Assembly: GCA_021847105.1 (NCBI GenBank)
Contig: JAJZUT010000018.1
Coordinates: 13,526-77,525 of the forward strand
Reading direction: 5' to 3'
Source of the DNA: Pseudomonadota bacterium
GTDB lineage: Bacteria; Pseudomonadota; Gammaproteobacteria; Steroidobacterales; Steroidobacteraceae
Length of the DNA: 64,000 nucleotides
Positions within the stretch are counted from its first letter, which is position 1, and every line of letters starts with the position of its first letter. The notes below the pieces were generated by a model. The model was not told the origin of the DNA and did no database searches. It saw nothing but the letters and a program-made list of their open reading frames with translations. Of the stretch, positions 39,816-50,439 are shown piece by piece. The position numbers and the translations under genes were made by a program.

Positions 39816-40622
39816 TTACCAGAAGTGCCACCAATGCTGGTAGGTGATGGCTGCCGCGCGAGCCACCGAGCCGCTGAAATTGGCGGCATAAACCCGGCGG
39901 GACTGCGCCGCCAGGGTCTTCAGACCCAGGTGCTCGTAGGAGAGGATCATGATGGCGAGCGCGCTCTGCACCGCCGGGGCGCCCTCGTAGTTCTCGAGCA
40001 CCAGCCGGCAGCGGCGCGCGGCGGCCACGTAGGCCCCGCGCTTGTAGTAGTAGCGCGCCACGTAGGTGTCGTACGCCGCCAGGCGGTCGCGCAGATAGAT
40101 CATCCGCTGCCAGGCGTCCTGTGCATAAATGCTGTGCGGGAAGCGGCTGACCACCGTGCGAAAGGCGGCAAATGACTTGCGCACATTGATCGGCGGGCGT
40201 TTGGAGAGCTTCGCGCCGAACAGCCGCTCGATGGGGTTGGCGCGCTTGGGGAAGCGCACCAGGCCCTTCATGTACCAGGCGTAATCGACGCGCGGGTGCG
40301 TCGGGTGCTGGCGGATGAACGTATTGGCCGCGTCAATGGCGGAATCGTCCTGGCCCGCACGGTAATATGCGTAGATTAGATCGAGCTGTGCCTGGCGCGC
40401 CTGTGTGCTGAATGGAAATACCGCGGTGAGACGCTGGTAGAGCTTGATCGCAGCGTTGAATTCAAGGTCCTTCAGGTCCTTATTGGCCTGCTGGTACAGC
40501 GCCGCCGGGCTGTTTAGCATCAATTTGCGGTGCGTACAGCCGGTAAGGGCGAGAGCGGCCACGCACAGCGCGACCGCGACCATGCCGCGCGCGCGGCTTC
40601 GAGAGGACGGATTGGGAAGCAT
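39816..40622 (-). CDS. bamD: outer membrane protein assembly factor BamD
   Basis: Lipoprotein signal with lipobox LALTGC, TPR-like body (YQQANKDL...AIKLYQRL...). Divergent from rluD as in E. coli. Start ATG 40622 (alternative 40583). Confidence 0.85.
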   Translation of the reverse strand: MLPNPSSRSRARGMVAVALCVAALALTGCTHRKLMLNSPAALYQQANKDLKDLEFNAAIKLYQRLTAVFPFSTQARQAQLDLIYAYYRAGQDDSAIDAANTFIRQHPTHPRVDYAWYMKGLVRFPKRANPIERLFGAKLSKRPPINVRKSFAAFRTVVSRFPHSIYAQDAWQRMIYLRDRLAAYDTYVARYYYKRGAYVAAARRCRLVLENYEGAPAVQSALAIMILSYEHLGLKTLAAQSRRVYAANFSGSVARAAAITYQHWWHFW

Positions 40623-41640
40623 GGGGAAAGAGTATAGCGAAACCGCCGCGGAAACTTCGGATTCCGACCCGGCCGCGGGCGCGGAGTTCCGCACGCATCG
40701 ATTCGAGCTGCCGGGCGAGTTCGCCGGTCTGCGCCTCGATCAGGCGCTCGCCCGCGCGTTGCCACAGTACTCGCGTGCGCGCCTGCAGAGCTGGATTGAG
40801 GCGGGCGCGATCGAGATCGATGGCCGCCGCCTGCGCGCCAAGGACAAAGTCCTCGGCGGCGAACGGGTCTGCCTACGGGCGCGCTGGGAAGTCGATACAC
40901 GCGTCGAGGCCGAACCGCTGGCGTTGACCGTCGTGCATCAGGATCGCGGAATCATCGTACTCGACAAGCCGGCGGGTCTGGTCGTGCATCCCGGCGCCGG
41001 CAATCCGCGGCACACGCTGCAGAACGCGCTGCTCGCGCTCGATCCGACGCTGGCTCGCGTGCCGCGCGCCGGTCTGGTGCACCGCCTCGATAAGGACACC
41101 AGCGGACTGCTGGTGGTCGCCCGCACGCCCGAGGCACATGTGCGCCTGGTCGCCGCACTCGCCGCACGGGACATCGAACGGGTGTATCTGGCGGTGTGTA
41201 CCGGTGCGATGACCGGCGGTGGCACCGTCGATGAGCCGATAGGCCGGCACCGCACGCAACGGACCCGCATGGCCGTGCGGGCCGATGGGCGCGAGGCCAT
41301 CACGCACTACCGCATTGTCAAGCGGTTCAGGGCGCACACGCTGGTGCGCGTGCAGCTCGAGACCGGACGGACCCACCAGATCCGCGTTCACCTCGCGCAC
41401 GTCGGCTATCCGGTCGTGGGCGACCCGCTGTACGGCGGGCGCAAACGCGTCCCAGCGGGCTGCAGTGCGGCACTGGCCGCCGCACTGCAGGCCTTTTCGC
41501 GCCAGGCGTTGCATGCGGCGCACTTGGCGCTCGAGCATCCGCTCACCGGCGAGCGACTCCAGTGGGACTCGCCGCTGCCCGATGACATGGCACGGCTGAT
41601 CGCGGCGCTGGAGCGGGATCAGAATGAACGGCGAACCTGA
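40621..41640 (+). CDS. rluD: 23S rRNA pseudouridine synthase RluD
   Basis: S4 domain (GLRLDQALARALPQYSRARLQSWI) and catalytic motif HRLDKDTSGLLVVA. ATG at 40621 within ORF 40444..41640. Confidence 0.88.
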   Translation: MGKEYSETAAETSDSDPAAGAEFRTHRFELPGEFAGLRLDQALARALPQYSRARLQSWIEAGAIEIDGRRLRAKDKVLGGERVCLRARWEVDTRVEAEPLALTVVHQDRGIIVLDKPAGLVVHPGAGNPRHTLQNALLALDPTLARVPRAGLVHRLDKDTSGLLVVARTPEAHVRLVAALAARDIERVYLAVCTGAMTGGGTVDEPIGRHRTQRTRMAVRADGREAITHYRIVKRFRAHTLVRVQLETGRTHQIRVHLAHVGYPVVGDPLYGGRKRVPAGCSAALAAALQAFSRQALHAAHLALEHPLTGERLQWDSPLPDDMARLIAALERDQNERRT

Positions 41641-42361
41641 TCTGATCGAGCCGGACTGGCCGGCTCCGCCGGGTGTGCGCGCGGCGTTCACGCTGCGCAC
41701 CGGCGGGGTGAGCCGGCCACCGTACGCGACATTCAACTGTGCCGCGCACGTCGGGGACGCGCCACAGGCGGTCGAACACAATCGCGCGGCGCTGCGCGCT
41801 CGCCTCGGACTGCCGGCCGAGCCGGGCTGGCTCGAGCAGGTGCATGGCAGTCACGTGGTCACGCTCTGCGGCGCAGCGCTCGAGCCTGCGGATGGCGCCG
41901 TGACGGATGAGCGCGGACGGGTGTGCGTGGTGCAGGTCGCCGATTGTCTGCCCGTACTGTTCGCGGCCCGAGATGGCTCGGCGGTGGGCGCAGCGCACGC
42001 GGGCTGGCGGGGGTTGGCCGGCGGCGTGTTGGAATCGACGGTGGGTGCGCTCGGGATCGCGCCCCCGGCGCTGCTCGCCTGGCTTGGACCGGCGATCGGG
42101 CCGCAGCACTTCGAGGTGGGCGAGGAGGTGCGCACCGCGTTCATGCGCACCGATCCGGGGGCGGCGGCGGCGTTCGCGCCCAATGCGCGGGGCCGCTGGC
42201 AGTGCGATCTGTACGCGCTGGCGCGGCAGCGGCTTGCGGCCCTGGGCGTGACGCAGGTATACGGCGGCGGCTGGTGCACATACGCAGATGCCGCAAAGTT
42301 CTTCTCATACCGGCGAGACGGACGCTGCGGACGGATGGCTGCGCTGATCTGGCGCTCTTGA
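41624..42361 (+). CDS. pgeF: peptidoglycan editing factor PgeF (YfiH, DUF152 laccase-domain protein)
   Basis: 245 aa. HG..V, ADC.P and H.GWRG motifs ([22 protein letters not shown]). rluD-yfiH order as in E. coli. Overlaps the rluD end by 17 nt. Confidence 0.85.
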   Translation: MNGEPDLIEPDWPAPPGVRAAFTLRTGGVSRPPYATFNCAAHVGDAPQAVEHNRAALRARLGLPAEPGWLEQVHGSHVVTLCGAALEPADGAVTDERGRVCVVQVADCLPVLFAARDGSAVGAAHAGWRGLAGGVLESTVGALGIAPPALLAWLGPAIGPQHFEVGEEVRTAFMRTDPGAAAAFAPNARGRWQCDLYALARQRLAALGVTQVYGGGWCTYADAAKFFSYRRDGRCGRMAALIWRS

Positions 42362-42383
42362 ACGGCCGGGTTGGCGCCCCCAT
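42357..42383 (+). promoter_or_regulatory. candidate sigma32 (RpoH) heat-shock promoter of clpB
   Basis: CTTGAA (42357-42362), a 15-nt spacer, then CCCCATT (42378-42384). Resembles CTTGAA-N13-15-CCCCATNT. About 35 nt upstream of the clpB ATG; the -35 element overlaps the pgeF stop. Confidence 0.55.
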
Positions 42384-42416
42384 TCCGCCCGAAGCCCCGA
42401 ATTGCAGGTGTTTCCG

Positions 42417-44990
42417 ATGCGAATGGATAAATTGACCAGCCGGTTTCAGCAGGCACTCGCCGACGCGCAGTCACTGGCCGTCGGGCGGGATCACCAGTTC
42501 ATCGAGCCGGCACACGTGCTGCTCGCGCTCATCGACAGCCAGGGCGGTACGGTCCGTCCGCTGCTGCTGAAGGCGGGCGCAGAGGTCAATCAGCTGCGCA
42601 CCGGGCTCGGCGCGTTGCTCGAGCGGCTGCCGAAGGTGGAAGGTACCCCGGGCGAAGTGCACATCTCGAACGAGCTGAACCGGATCTTCAACGTCACCGA
42701 CAAGCTCGCGCAGCAGCGCGGCGACCAATTCATCTCCAGCGAGATGTTCGTGCTCGCCGCCTTCGAGGATCGCACGCTCTCGAAGCTGTTCCAGGACAGC
42801 GGCCTGGTGCGCGGTGCGCTCGCCAAGGCCATCGACGAGGTGCGCGGCGGGGAGAAGGTTGCCGACGCCAACGCCGAGGAGAGCCGTCAGGCGCTCGAGA
42901 AATACACCGTGGATCTCACCGCGCGCGCCACCTCCGGCAAGCTCGATCCGGTCATCGGCCGCGACGAGGAGATCCGCCGCACCATCCAGGTGCTGCAGCG
43001 GCGCACCAAGAACAATCCGGTGCTGATCGGGGAGCCCGGTGTCGGCAAGACCGCCATCGTCGAGGGTCTCGCGCAGCGCATCATCAATGGCGAGGTGCCC
43101 GAGGGGCTCAAGGGCAAACGCATTCTCGCGCTCGACATGGGAGCGCTGATCGCCGGGGCGAAATTCCGCGGTGAGTTCGAAGAGCGTTTGAAGGCCGTGC
43201 TCAACGATCTGGCCAAGCAGGAAGGCCAGGTGATTCTGTTCATCGACGAGTTGCACACCATGGTCGGTGCCGGCAAGGCCGAGGGGGCGATGGACGCGGG
43301 CAACATGTTGAAGCCGGCGCTCGCGCGCGGTGAGTTGCATTGCGTCGGCGCGACGACGCTCGATGAGTATCGTAAGTACATCGAGAAAGACGCCGCCCTC
43401 GAGCGGCGCTTCCAGAAGGTGCTGGTCGATGAGCCCTCGGTCGAGGACACCATAGCGATCCTGCGCGGCCTGCAGGAGCGTTACGAAGTACACCACGGCG
43501 TCGATATCACCGATCCGGCGATCGTTGCCGCGGCGACGCTTTCGCACCGTTACATCTCCGACCGGCAGCTGCCCGACAAGGCGATCGATCTGATCGACGA
43601 GGCCGCCGCACGCATCCGCATGGAGATCGACTCCAAGCCCGAGGCACTCGACCGGCTCGAGCGGCGCATCATCCAGCTGAAAATCGAGCAAGAGGCGCTC
43701 CGCAAGGAACACGACGAGGCATCGCGCAAGCGTCTTGCGACGTTGCAGGAGACCCTCGGCGGCCTCGAGCGCGAATACGCCGATCTCGAGGAGGTATGGA
43801 AGTCGGAGAAAGCGGCGCTGCAGGGAACGGCGCAGTTTCGCGAGGAACTCGACCGGGCGCGCATCGAGCTCGAGACCGCGCGCCGGGCCGGAGACCTCGG
43901 CCGCATGGCCGAGCTGCAGTACGGGCGGATTCCCGAGCTCGAGAAGCGCCTCGCGGCCGCCGAGAGCAGCGAGGAGCAGGCTCCGAGTCTGGTGCGCAAC
44001 AAGGTGACCGAAGAAGAAATCGCCCAGGTCGTCTCCAAGTGGACGGGCATCCCGGTGGCGAAGATGCTCGAGGGCGAGCGCGACAAGCTGCTGCGCATGG
44101 AGGAGGCGCTCGCCAAGCGCGTGGTCGGTCAGGAGGAGGCTCTGCGCATCGTCGCCGACGCCATCCGCCGCTCGCGTGCGGGGCTTGCCGACCCGCGCCG
44201 TCCCACCGGCTCGTTCCTGTTCCTCGGACCGACCGGCGTGGGCAAAACCGAGCTGTGCAAGGCGCTCGCGGAGTTTCTCTTCGACACCGAAGAGGCGATG
44301 GTGCGCATCGACATGTCGGAATTCATGGAGAAGCACTCCGTGGCGCGCCTGATCGGCGCCCCGCCCGGCTACGTGGGCTACGAGGAGGGCGGCTACCTCA
44401 CCGAGGCGGTGCGGCGGCGGCCGTACGCAGTGATCCTGCTCGATGAGGTGGAGAAGGCTCATCCGGATGTCTTCAACGTGCTGCTGCAGGTCCTCGATGA
44501 CGGCCGGCTCACCGATGGTCAGGGTCGCACCGTGGATTTTCGCAACACGGTGATCATCATGACTTCGAACCTCGGTTCCCAGGTCATTCAGGAGTATGCC
44601 GGCGAGGGCAACTACGCACGTATGAAGAGCGCGGTCATGGAGATCGTGCAGCAGAGTTTCCGTCCCGAATTCATCAACCGCATCGATGACATCGTCGTGT
44701 TCCATCCGCTCGGTGCCGCGCAGATCCGCGCCATCGTCGACATTCAGCTGCTCTACCTGCGCAAGCGTCTGCAGGAGCGCAACATGGAGCTCACGCTGGA
44801 TGACGCCGCGCGCGACCGGCTGGGCGAAGCAGGCTTCGATCCGGTGTACGGTGCGCGCCCGCTGAAGCGCGTGGTGCAGCAGCAGATCGAGAATCCCCTC
44901 GCGCAGCGGATTTTGCAGGGGCAGTTCGGCCCCGGCGACCGGGTGGCGGTCAGCGCAGGCGACGGCCCGCTCGCTTTCACCAAGTCGTAA
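42417..44990 (+). CDS. clpB: ATP-dependent chaperone/disaggregase ClpB
   Basis: [18 protein letters not shown] start (ATG 42417). Two AAA+ modules ([13 protein letters not shown] and [13 protein letters not shown]) with a coiled-coil middle domain. ~857 aa. Confidence 0.96.
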   Translation: MRMDKLTSRFQQALADAQSLAVGRDHQFIEPAHVLLALIDSQGGTVRPLLLKAGAEVNQLRTGLGALLERLPKVEGTPGEVHISNELNRIFNVTDKLAQQRGDQFISSEMFVLAAFEDRTLSKLFQDSGLVRGALAKAIDEVRGGEKVADANAEESRQALEKYTVDLTARATSGKLDPVIGRDEEIRRTIQVLQRRTKNNPVLIGEPGVGKTAIVEGLAQRIINGEVPEGLKGKRILALDMGALIAGAKFRGEFEERLKAVLNDLAKQEGQVILFIDELHTMVGAGKAEGAMDAGNMLKPALARGELHCVGATTLDEYRKYIEKDAALERRFQKVLVDEPSVEDTIAILRGLQERYEVHHGVDITDPAIVAAATLSHRYISDRQLPDKAIDLIDEAAARIRMEIDSKPEALDRLERRIIQLKIEQEALRKEHDEASRKRLATLQETLGGLEREYADLEEVWKSEKAALQGTAQFREELDRARIELETARRAGDLGRMAELQYGRIPELEKRLAAAESSEEQAPSLVRNKVTEEEIAQVVSKWTGIPVAKMLEGERDKLLRMEEALAKRVVGQEEALRIVADAIRRSRAGLADPRRPTGSFLFLGPTGVGKTELCKALAEFLFDTEEAMVRIDMSEFMEKHSVARLIGAPPGYVGYEEGGYLTEAVRRRPYAVILLDEVEKAHPDVFNVLLQVLDDGRLTDGQGRTVDFRNTVIIMTSNLGSQVIQEYAGEGNYARMKSAVMEIVQQSFRPEFINRIDDIVVFHPLGAAQIRAIVDIQLLYLRKRLQERNMELTLDDAARDRLGEAGFDPVYGARPLKRVVQQQIENPLAQRILQGQFGPGDRVAVSAGDGPLAFTKS

Positions 44991-45049
44991 GGGCCGTTGC
45001 GTATAATTGCACTTCGGTTTCTTCAACCACACGGACAGACCTTCTGACC

Positions 45050-45490
45050 ATGCCGTTCTACGAATACCAGTGCCAGAGCTGCCAGTACTACGTCGAGGTA
45101 ATGCAGAAGATCACGGATGCGCCGCTGCGCAAGTGCCCGTCCTGCGGTCGCATGACACTCACGAAGCTCATTTCCGCGCCTGTTTTCCGCTTGAAAGGCA
45201 GCGGCTGGTACGAAACCGACTTCAAGTCCGACAAGGAGGCGAAGCGCAATCTGGCCGGTGCCGAGCGGGAGGAGAGCAAGCCGGCCGAAGCGGCCAAGAG
45301 CGCTCCGAAGAGCCCGGCGACGAGCCCGGCGAGCCCCCCGCCGGCGCCAGCCAAGCCCGCCGCTGCCGAGGCGGCGGGTGGCCCGACGCGCCGCCGAGCC
45401 AAGCCGGCGGCCCGCACGGCGGCCGGGGCGCGCGCGCGCGGTAAACCGAGCCCAGCCAAGCGAGCGACCCGGGGTCGCTCGAAGCGGTGA
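45050..45490 (+). CDS. FmdB-family zinc-ribbon protein with Ala/Pro/Lys-rich tail
   Basis: MPFYEYQCQSCQYYVEV...CPSCG (CxxC-X-CxxC zinc ribbon). Followed by an ~85-aa low-complexity tail (KPAEAAKSAPKSPATSPASPPPAPAKPAAAE...RGRSKR). Confidence 0.8.
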   Translation: MPFYEYQCQSCQYYVEVMQKITDAPLRKCPSCGRMTLTKLISAPVFRLKGSGWYETDFKSDKEAKRNLAGAEREESKPAEAAKSAPKSPATSPASPPPAPAKPAAAEAAGGPTRRRAKPAARTAAGARARGKPSPAKRATRGRSKR

Positions 45491-45500
45491 TCGCTTGAGT

Positions 45501-46199
45501 GTGCCGCTGACCGCACGTCCGGCGCCCACCGGCCCGAAGACCAAGGGCTCGGTGCTGCGGCGGATTCTCCTGTCCGGCGTGCTGTTCTGGCTGCCGATCG
45601 GTGCGACGCTCTGGGTGACGATGTTCCTGCTGCGCGTGCTCGATCGGATCGTGCCGCTGTTGCCGCTGCCGGCCGCTTATCGGCTGGAGGCCATGGGTCC
45701 GGTGGTACAGGCGGCCATTGGTCTGCTGCTCGCCCTCGCGATTCTGTTCCTCACCGGCCTGCTGGTGACGAACCTGATTGGGCGGCGCCTGGTGGTCTAT
45801 GGCGAAGAGGTGCTGCACCATATTCCCATCGTCGGGGCCGTGTACGGCGGCGTGAAGAGCTTTGCCGAGAGCGTATTCTCGCAATCGAGCGCGTTCCGCA
45901 CCGTGGTGCTGGTCGAGTACCCGCGCCAGGGCGTGTGGAGCCTGGGCTTTCTCACCGCGGAGGACGTCGCGGAGGTCTCGGCGCGCACGGGCGAGCCGCA
46001 TGCGGCGGTGTACATCTCTGCGGCGCTGAATGCGACCGCCGGCGTGCTGGTGATCGTGCCTCGGCGGCAGCTGATCGAACTCGATATGAGTGTCGATGCG
46101 GCCATGAAGATGATCATCACCTGCGGCGTCGTGACGCCGCCAGCGGCGGAGAGGGAGAGCACGGCGCAGCGGCTGCCGTCGACCGGACCGCTCCCGTGA
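45501..46199 (+). CDS. DUF502 domain membrane protein
   Basis: GTG at 45501 inside ORF 45258..46199. Two N-terminal TM helices and an IPIVGAVYGGVK motif typical of DUF502. The upstream part overlaps the fmdB-like gene in another frame. Confidence 0.7.
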   Translation: MPLTARPAPTGPKTKGSVLRRILLSGVLFWLPIGATLWVTMFLLRVLDRIVPLLPLPAAYRLEAMGPVVQAAIGLLLALAILFLTGLLVTNLIGRRLVVYGEEVLHHIPIVGAVYGGVKSFAESVFSQSSAFRTVVLVEYPRQGVWSLGFLTAEDVAEVSARTGEPHAAVYISAALNATAGVLVIVPRRQLIELDMSVDAAMKMIITCGVVTPPAAERESTAQRLPSTGPLP

Positions 46200-47197
46200 A
46201 GGCGATGCGACTGGGCGCTGCCGGTGCGCCGCTGCAGCTCGCGGAGCTCGAGCTGCCGCCGCCGGGTGAGCACCAGGTGCGCATCGCGGTGGAGGCCTGC
46301 GGGGTATGCCGAACCGATCTGCATGTCCTCGACGGGGAGTTGCCCGATATTCACTATCCCCTCACGCCGGGACACGAAATCGTCGGTCGCGTGGTGGCGC
46401 GCGGTGCGTCGGTGACGCGCTGGCAGGAGGGTGAGCGGGTCGGGGTCCCCTGGCTCGGCGCGACCTGCGGGGTGTGTCGCGATTGCCGTGAGGGGCGGGA
46501 GAACCTCTGTCCGAATGCCCGCTTCACCGGTTACAGCCTAGATGGCGGCTACGCCGAGCAGGTGCTCGCCGACGAGCGCTATTGCCTGCCGCTGCCCGCC
46601 GGAGGGGCAGCTGCCGAACTGGCGCCGCTGCTGTGTGCCGGACTGATCGGGTACCGCGCGTACGGTGCGGCGGGACCGAGCCCTCGCCTCGGCTTGTACG
46701 GCTTTGGCGCGGCGGCACATTTGCTGGCTCAGGTAGCGCGGGCCGACGGACGGGAGGTGTACGCATTCACCCGTCCTGGCGATACAGCGAGCCAGGAGTT
46801 CGCGCGGCGGCTCGGCGCGATGTGGGCGGGCGGCTCCGATCAGGTGCCTCCTGAGCCGCTCGATGCGGCGATCCTGTTCGCGCCCGTCGGTGCGCTGGTC
46901 CCCACGGCGCTTGCAGCGGTCCGGCCGGGCGGGCGCGTGATCTGCGCCGGGATTCACATGAGCGATATTCCGCGCTTCCCCTACCGACTGCTCTGGGGCG
47001 AGCGCGAGGTGCGTTCCGTGGCGAACCTGACCCGCGCCGATGGGGAGCAGTTCCTACGCCGCGCCAGGGAATTGGCCCTGCGCGCGACCGTCGAGTGCTT
47101 CCCGCTGCAGGCGGCAAACGAGGCGCTGGGGCGGCTGCGCGCCGGCGCGCTGCAGGGCGCGGCCGTGCTGGTTGCGGGGGGCGGCAGGGCTTCGTAA
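46196..47197 (+). CDS. zinc-dependent alcohol dehydrogenase family oxidoreductase
   Basis: GTG at 46196 (GTGA overlap with the DUF502 stop) gives (M)KAMRL.... Catalytic CGVCRTDLH and GHEIVGRV. Structural zinc [15 protein letters not shown]. Confidence 0.85.
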   Translation: MKAMRLGAAGAPLQLAELELPPPGEHQVRIAVEACGVCRTDLHVLDGELPDIHYPLTPGHEIVGRVVARGASVTRWQEGERVGVPWLGATCGVCRDCREGRENLCPNARFTGYSLDGGYAEQVLADERYCLPLPAGGAAAELAPLLCAGLIGYRAYGAAGPSPRLGLYGFGAAAHLLAQVARADGREVYAFTRPGDTASQEFARRLGAMWAGGSDQVPPEPLDAAILFAPVGALVPTALAAVRPGGRVICAGIHMSDIPRFPYRLLWGEREVRSVANLTRADGEQFLRRARELALRATVECFPLQAANEALGRLRAGALQGAAVLVAGGGRAS

Positions 47198-47210
47198 CAT
47201 CGCGCCCCTT

Positions 47211-48980
47211 ATGCGCTCACATTACTGCGGACAGGTCGATGCCCAGCTTATCGGCCAGAGTATCGAGGTCGCCGGATGGGTTCACCGTCGGCGCGATCAC
47301 GGCGGCATCATCTTCATCGACCTGCGCGACCGGGAAGGCGTGCTGCAGATCGTCTTCGATCCAGATAACCCGACGCTGTTCAAGGAAGCAGAGCGGCTGC
47401 GCAACGAGTTCGTGATTCACGTCAAGGGGCGTGTGCGCGCGCGGCCCGAAGGGACCGTCAATGAGCACTTGGCTTCGGGACAGGTGGAGCTGCTCGCCCT
47501 GGAACTCGAGGTGCTCAACCGTGCCGAACCGCTGCCGTTTCAGCTGGATGAGACGGTCGGCGAGGAGGTGCGGCTCCGCTACCGGTATCTCGACCTGCGC
47601 CGTGAAGAGATGAGCCGGCGTCTGCGTCTGCGTCATCAGCTTACGCGCGCGATGCGGACGTACCTCGACGAGCACGGCTTCATCGATATCGAAACGCCGA
47701 TGCTGACCAAGGCGACGCCCGAGGGGGCGCGCGATTACCTGGTGCCGAGCCGCACGCACGAGGGGAAGTTCTTCGCTCTGCCGCAGTCGCCGCAGATTTT
47801 CAAACAGTTGCTGATGGTGGCCGGCTTCGACCGGTACTATCAGATCGTGCGCTGCTTCCGCGACGAGGACCTGCGCGCCGACCGTCAACCGGAGTTCACC
47901 CAGCTCGACATCGAGACCTCCTTCCTCACGCAGGAGGAGATCATGGTGCTGATGGAAGGGCTGGTACGGGACTTCTTCCAGCGGGTGCTCGGGACGACGT
48001 TGCCGGAGCCTTTCCCGCGCATGACCTATACCGAAGCGATGCGTCGCTACGGCTCTGACAAACCCGATCTGCGCGTGGCGCTTGAGCTCACCGACGTGGC
48101 GGATCTCGTCGCAGAATGCGATTTCAAAGTGTTCTCCGCGCCGGCCAAGGACCCCAAGGGGCGGGTTGCGGCGCTGCGCGTGCCGGGCGGCGGCGCCATG
48201 CCACGCTCGCAGATCGACGGGTACACCGCCTACGTGGCGCGCTACGGGGCCAAGGGGCTCGCTTACATCAAAGTCAACGAACGCTCGCGTGGGCGTGAGG
48301 GGCTGCAGTCGCCGATCGTGAAGTTCCTGAGCGACGCGGCGATCGCGGGCATCCTCGAGCGTACGGGCGCGGCGGACAACGATCTCATCTTCTTTGGCGC
48401 CGACACCGCCAAAATCGTGAGTGATGCGCTTGGCGCGCTGCGCCTGAAGATCGGTCAGGATCTCTCGCTCGTGCAGCCCGGCTGGCGACCGCTGTGGGTG
48501 ATCGACTTCCCGATGTTCGAGTGGGATGCCGACGAGCGGCGCTGGGTCGCGATGCACCATCCGTTCACCTCGCCGAAGAACGACGATCCGGCGGCGCTGC
48601 GTGCCGACCCGGAGCGCGCCTTCGCCAAAGCCTACGACCTGGTGCTGAACGGCTCGGAAATCGGTGGCGGCTCGGTGCGTATCCACCGACAGGAAATGCA
48701 ATCGACGGTGTTCGATCTGCTCGGCATTGGCGCCGAGGAGGCGCGCCTCAAGTTCGGCTTCCTGCTCGATGCGCTGAAATACGGTGCGCCGCCACACGGT
48801 GGCATCGCGTTCGGTCTCGACCGGCTGGCGATGCTGATGGCCGGCGCGGACAGCATCCGGGAGGTCATTGCATTCCCGAAGACGCAGACAGCGGCCGATC
48901 CGCTCACCGACGCGCCGACGGAGGTCAGTGAGGCGCAGCTGCGCGAGCTGCACATCCGGGTTCGTAAGCCGCCGGCGTGA
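47211..48980 (+). CDS. aspS: aspartate--tRNA ligase
   Basis: ATG 47211 gives MRSHYCGQV...[19 protein letters not shown] (OB fold). Class II motifs [18 protein letters not shown] and GGGSVRIH. 589 aa. Confidence 0.96.
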   Translation: MRSHYCGQVDAQLIGQSIEVAGWVHRRRDHGGIIFIDLRDREGVLQIVFDPDNPTLFKEAERLRNEFVIHVKGRVRARPEGTVNEHLASGQVELLALELEVLNRAEPLPFQLDETVGEEVRLRYRYLDLRREEMSRRLRLRHQLTRAMRTYLDEHGFIDIETPMLTKATPEGARDYLVPSRTHEGKFFALPQSPQIFKQLLMVAGFDRYYQIVRCFRDEDLRADRQPEFTQLDIETSFLTQEEIMVLMEGLVRDFFQRVLGTTLPEPFPRMTYTEAMRRYGSDKPDLRVALELTDVADLVAECDFKVFSAPAKDPKGRVAALRVPGGGAMPRSQIDGYTAYVARYGAKGLAYIKVNERSRGREGLQSPIVKFLSDAAIAGILERTGAADNDLIFFGADTAKIVSDALGALRLKIGQDLSLVQPGWRPLWVIDFPMFEWDADERRWVAMHHPFTSPKNDDPAALRADPERAFAKAYDLVLNGSEIGGGSVRIHRQEMQSTVFDLLGIGAEEARLKFGFLLDALKYGAPPHGGIAFGLDRLAMLMAGADSIREVIAFPKTQTAADPLTDAPTEVSEAQLRELHIRVRKPPA

Positions 48981-49102
48981 ACTCTGGGTCGGCGCGCGAT
49001 TGACCAGGCTAGCGCGAGCGCGGCAGGAGCGCAGCAACCCTGGCCGTCGCGCGGCCGCCGGTTCTGCCCGATGCGGCGCCACGAGCAGGCGGTGAACGGC
49101 AG

Positions 49103-49741
49103 ATGAGCGCCACCGAACACGTGATTTACGTGCACGGACTGTGGATGTCCGGTGGCGAGGGTCTGCTGCTGCGACATCGGCTCGCGCGCGAACTCGGCGC
49201 TACTGTGCACGCGTTCTCCTACTCTGCCGTCAGCGATGGCATGGAGGAGATTACCGAACAGCTGCGCGAGTTCGTCGCCGCCATTGCTCCGCCACGGGTG
49301 CATTTCGTCGGTCACAGTCTCGGCGGACTCGTGATCTGTCGGTTCTTCGAGCGCTTCGGGCAACAGCCCCCGGGTCGGGTGGTGTTCCTCGGCTCGCCGT
49401 GCGTGGCGAGCCGTGCCGCCGTCGAGGCCAGTCATTCGCGCTTCATCAGCGCGCTCATGGGTCGCTCGGTCGCCGAAGAACTGCTCACTCCGCGCCAGAG
49501 ACGCTGGCGCGCCGAGCGGCCTCTCGGCATCATTGCCGGATCCTACTCGTTCGGGGTTGGTCAGTTTCTCGCCGGATTTGACGAGGACAGCGACGGCACC
49601 GTGGCGGTGAGCGAGACCCGCTTGCCGGGTGCGGCTGCACACATCGTGGTGCCGGTGAGCCACATGGGGATGTTGGTGTCGGCACGCGTGGCGCGCGAGA
49701 CGGCACATTTCCTGCGCGAGGGTCGTTTTTCCCTGCTTTGA
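49103..49741 (+). CDS. alpha/beta-fold hydrolase (lipase/esterase-like)
   Basis: Nucleophile elbow VGHSLGG, N-terminal VIYVHGLW oxyanion region, late DGTV and H (SHMGM) residues. 212 aa. Confidence 0.75.
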   Translation: MSATEHVIYVHGLWMSGGEGLLLRHRLARELGATVHAFSYSAVSDGMEEITEQLREFVAAIAPPRVHFVGHSLGGLVICRFFERFGQQPPGRVVFLGSPCVASRAAVEASHSRFISALMGRSVAEELLTPRQRRWRAERPLGIIAGSYSFGVGQFLAGFDEDSDGTVAVSETRLPGAAAHIVVPVSHMGMLVSARVARETAHFLREGRFSLL

Positions 49742-49777
49742 TCGCGAGCTCGGCCGAGTGTGCGCAGCGCAAGAACC

Positions 49778-50254
49778 TCAACGCAGCGTTTTGGCCATAC
49801 AGGTCGCACTTGCCGGGCACAACGCGGCGAATTCGGCGCTGTTTTGCACGGCAGCGGGCGCTTGCACCCGCTCGATCACCTGGTAGCCGAGTTGGCTGAA
49901 AAATTCGCTGGCCGTCTGCGTCAGCAGCACCAGCTCGCGCACGCCGGCGCTGCGCGCCTGGCGCTCGAGTGCCTTGACGAGACGATGACCGAGACCGCCG
50001 TTGCGCCAGGGGCGGACGACGAGCAGCGAGCGCAGCAGCGCCGCGGAGGAGTACAGTTCGAGCCCTCCCACGCCAACCAGGTCCGCGCCGGCGCAGGCGA
50101 GGAGAAACTGCGGTCGCGACGTGGCGAGATCGCCCGTGGGGAGCCCCTCGCGCGCGAGCAGCGCGATGATGGCACCAAGATCAGCCGCCGAGGCCGGGCG
50201 AATCAGCAGCTTCGATGTCGGAGCGGCGGCGGAGTCGTTTGAATCTTGCGGCAT
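49778..50254 (-). CDS. GNAT family N-acetyltransferase
   Basis: Acetyl-CoA binding motif A (RPWRNGGLGHRLVKALERQA). 158 aa. The C-terminal CP.SA.CM segment resembles ArsN2-type proteins. Confidence 0.8.
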   Translation of the reverse strand: MPQDSNDSAAAPTSKLLIRPASAADLGAIIALLAREGLPTGDLATSRPQFLLACAGADLVGVGGLELYSSAALLRSLLVVRPWRNGGLGHRLVKALERQARSAGVRELVLLTQTASEFFSQLGYQVIERVQAPAAVQNSAEFAALCPASATCMAKTLR

Positions 50255-50439
50255 GCTGACAACCTATCAACGGCTCGAGCGGCGGATGAATCAGAAGCGC
50301 GGCGGCGTGTGCGGCACGCGGGCAGGACAGAGCGTAACCCCAATCCTGGCGTACCGACGGGTCGCAGACAGCGCCCCGGCCGTGATGAACGTGCAACGGG
50401 TGCAAGGCGCCGCCGCACACACCCCGAGGAGATTGCGAT

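Noticed and set aside
44998-45007. TATAAT hexamer (45002-45007) between clpB and the fmdB-like gene as a promoter -10
   Set aside because: No acceptable -35 at 16-18 bp spacing and no proper extended -10 (TGn). It is too weak to report as a feature.
42471-45032. 853-aa minus-strand ORF antisense to clpB
   Set aside because: Same artefact. The ClpB frame carries both AAA+ signatures and the antisense product has no recognisable domain.
47217-49082. 621-aa minus-strand ORF antisense to aspS
   Set aside because: A high-GC antisense artefact. The AspRS class II motifs are on the plus frame.
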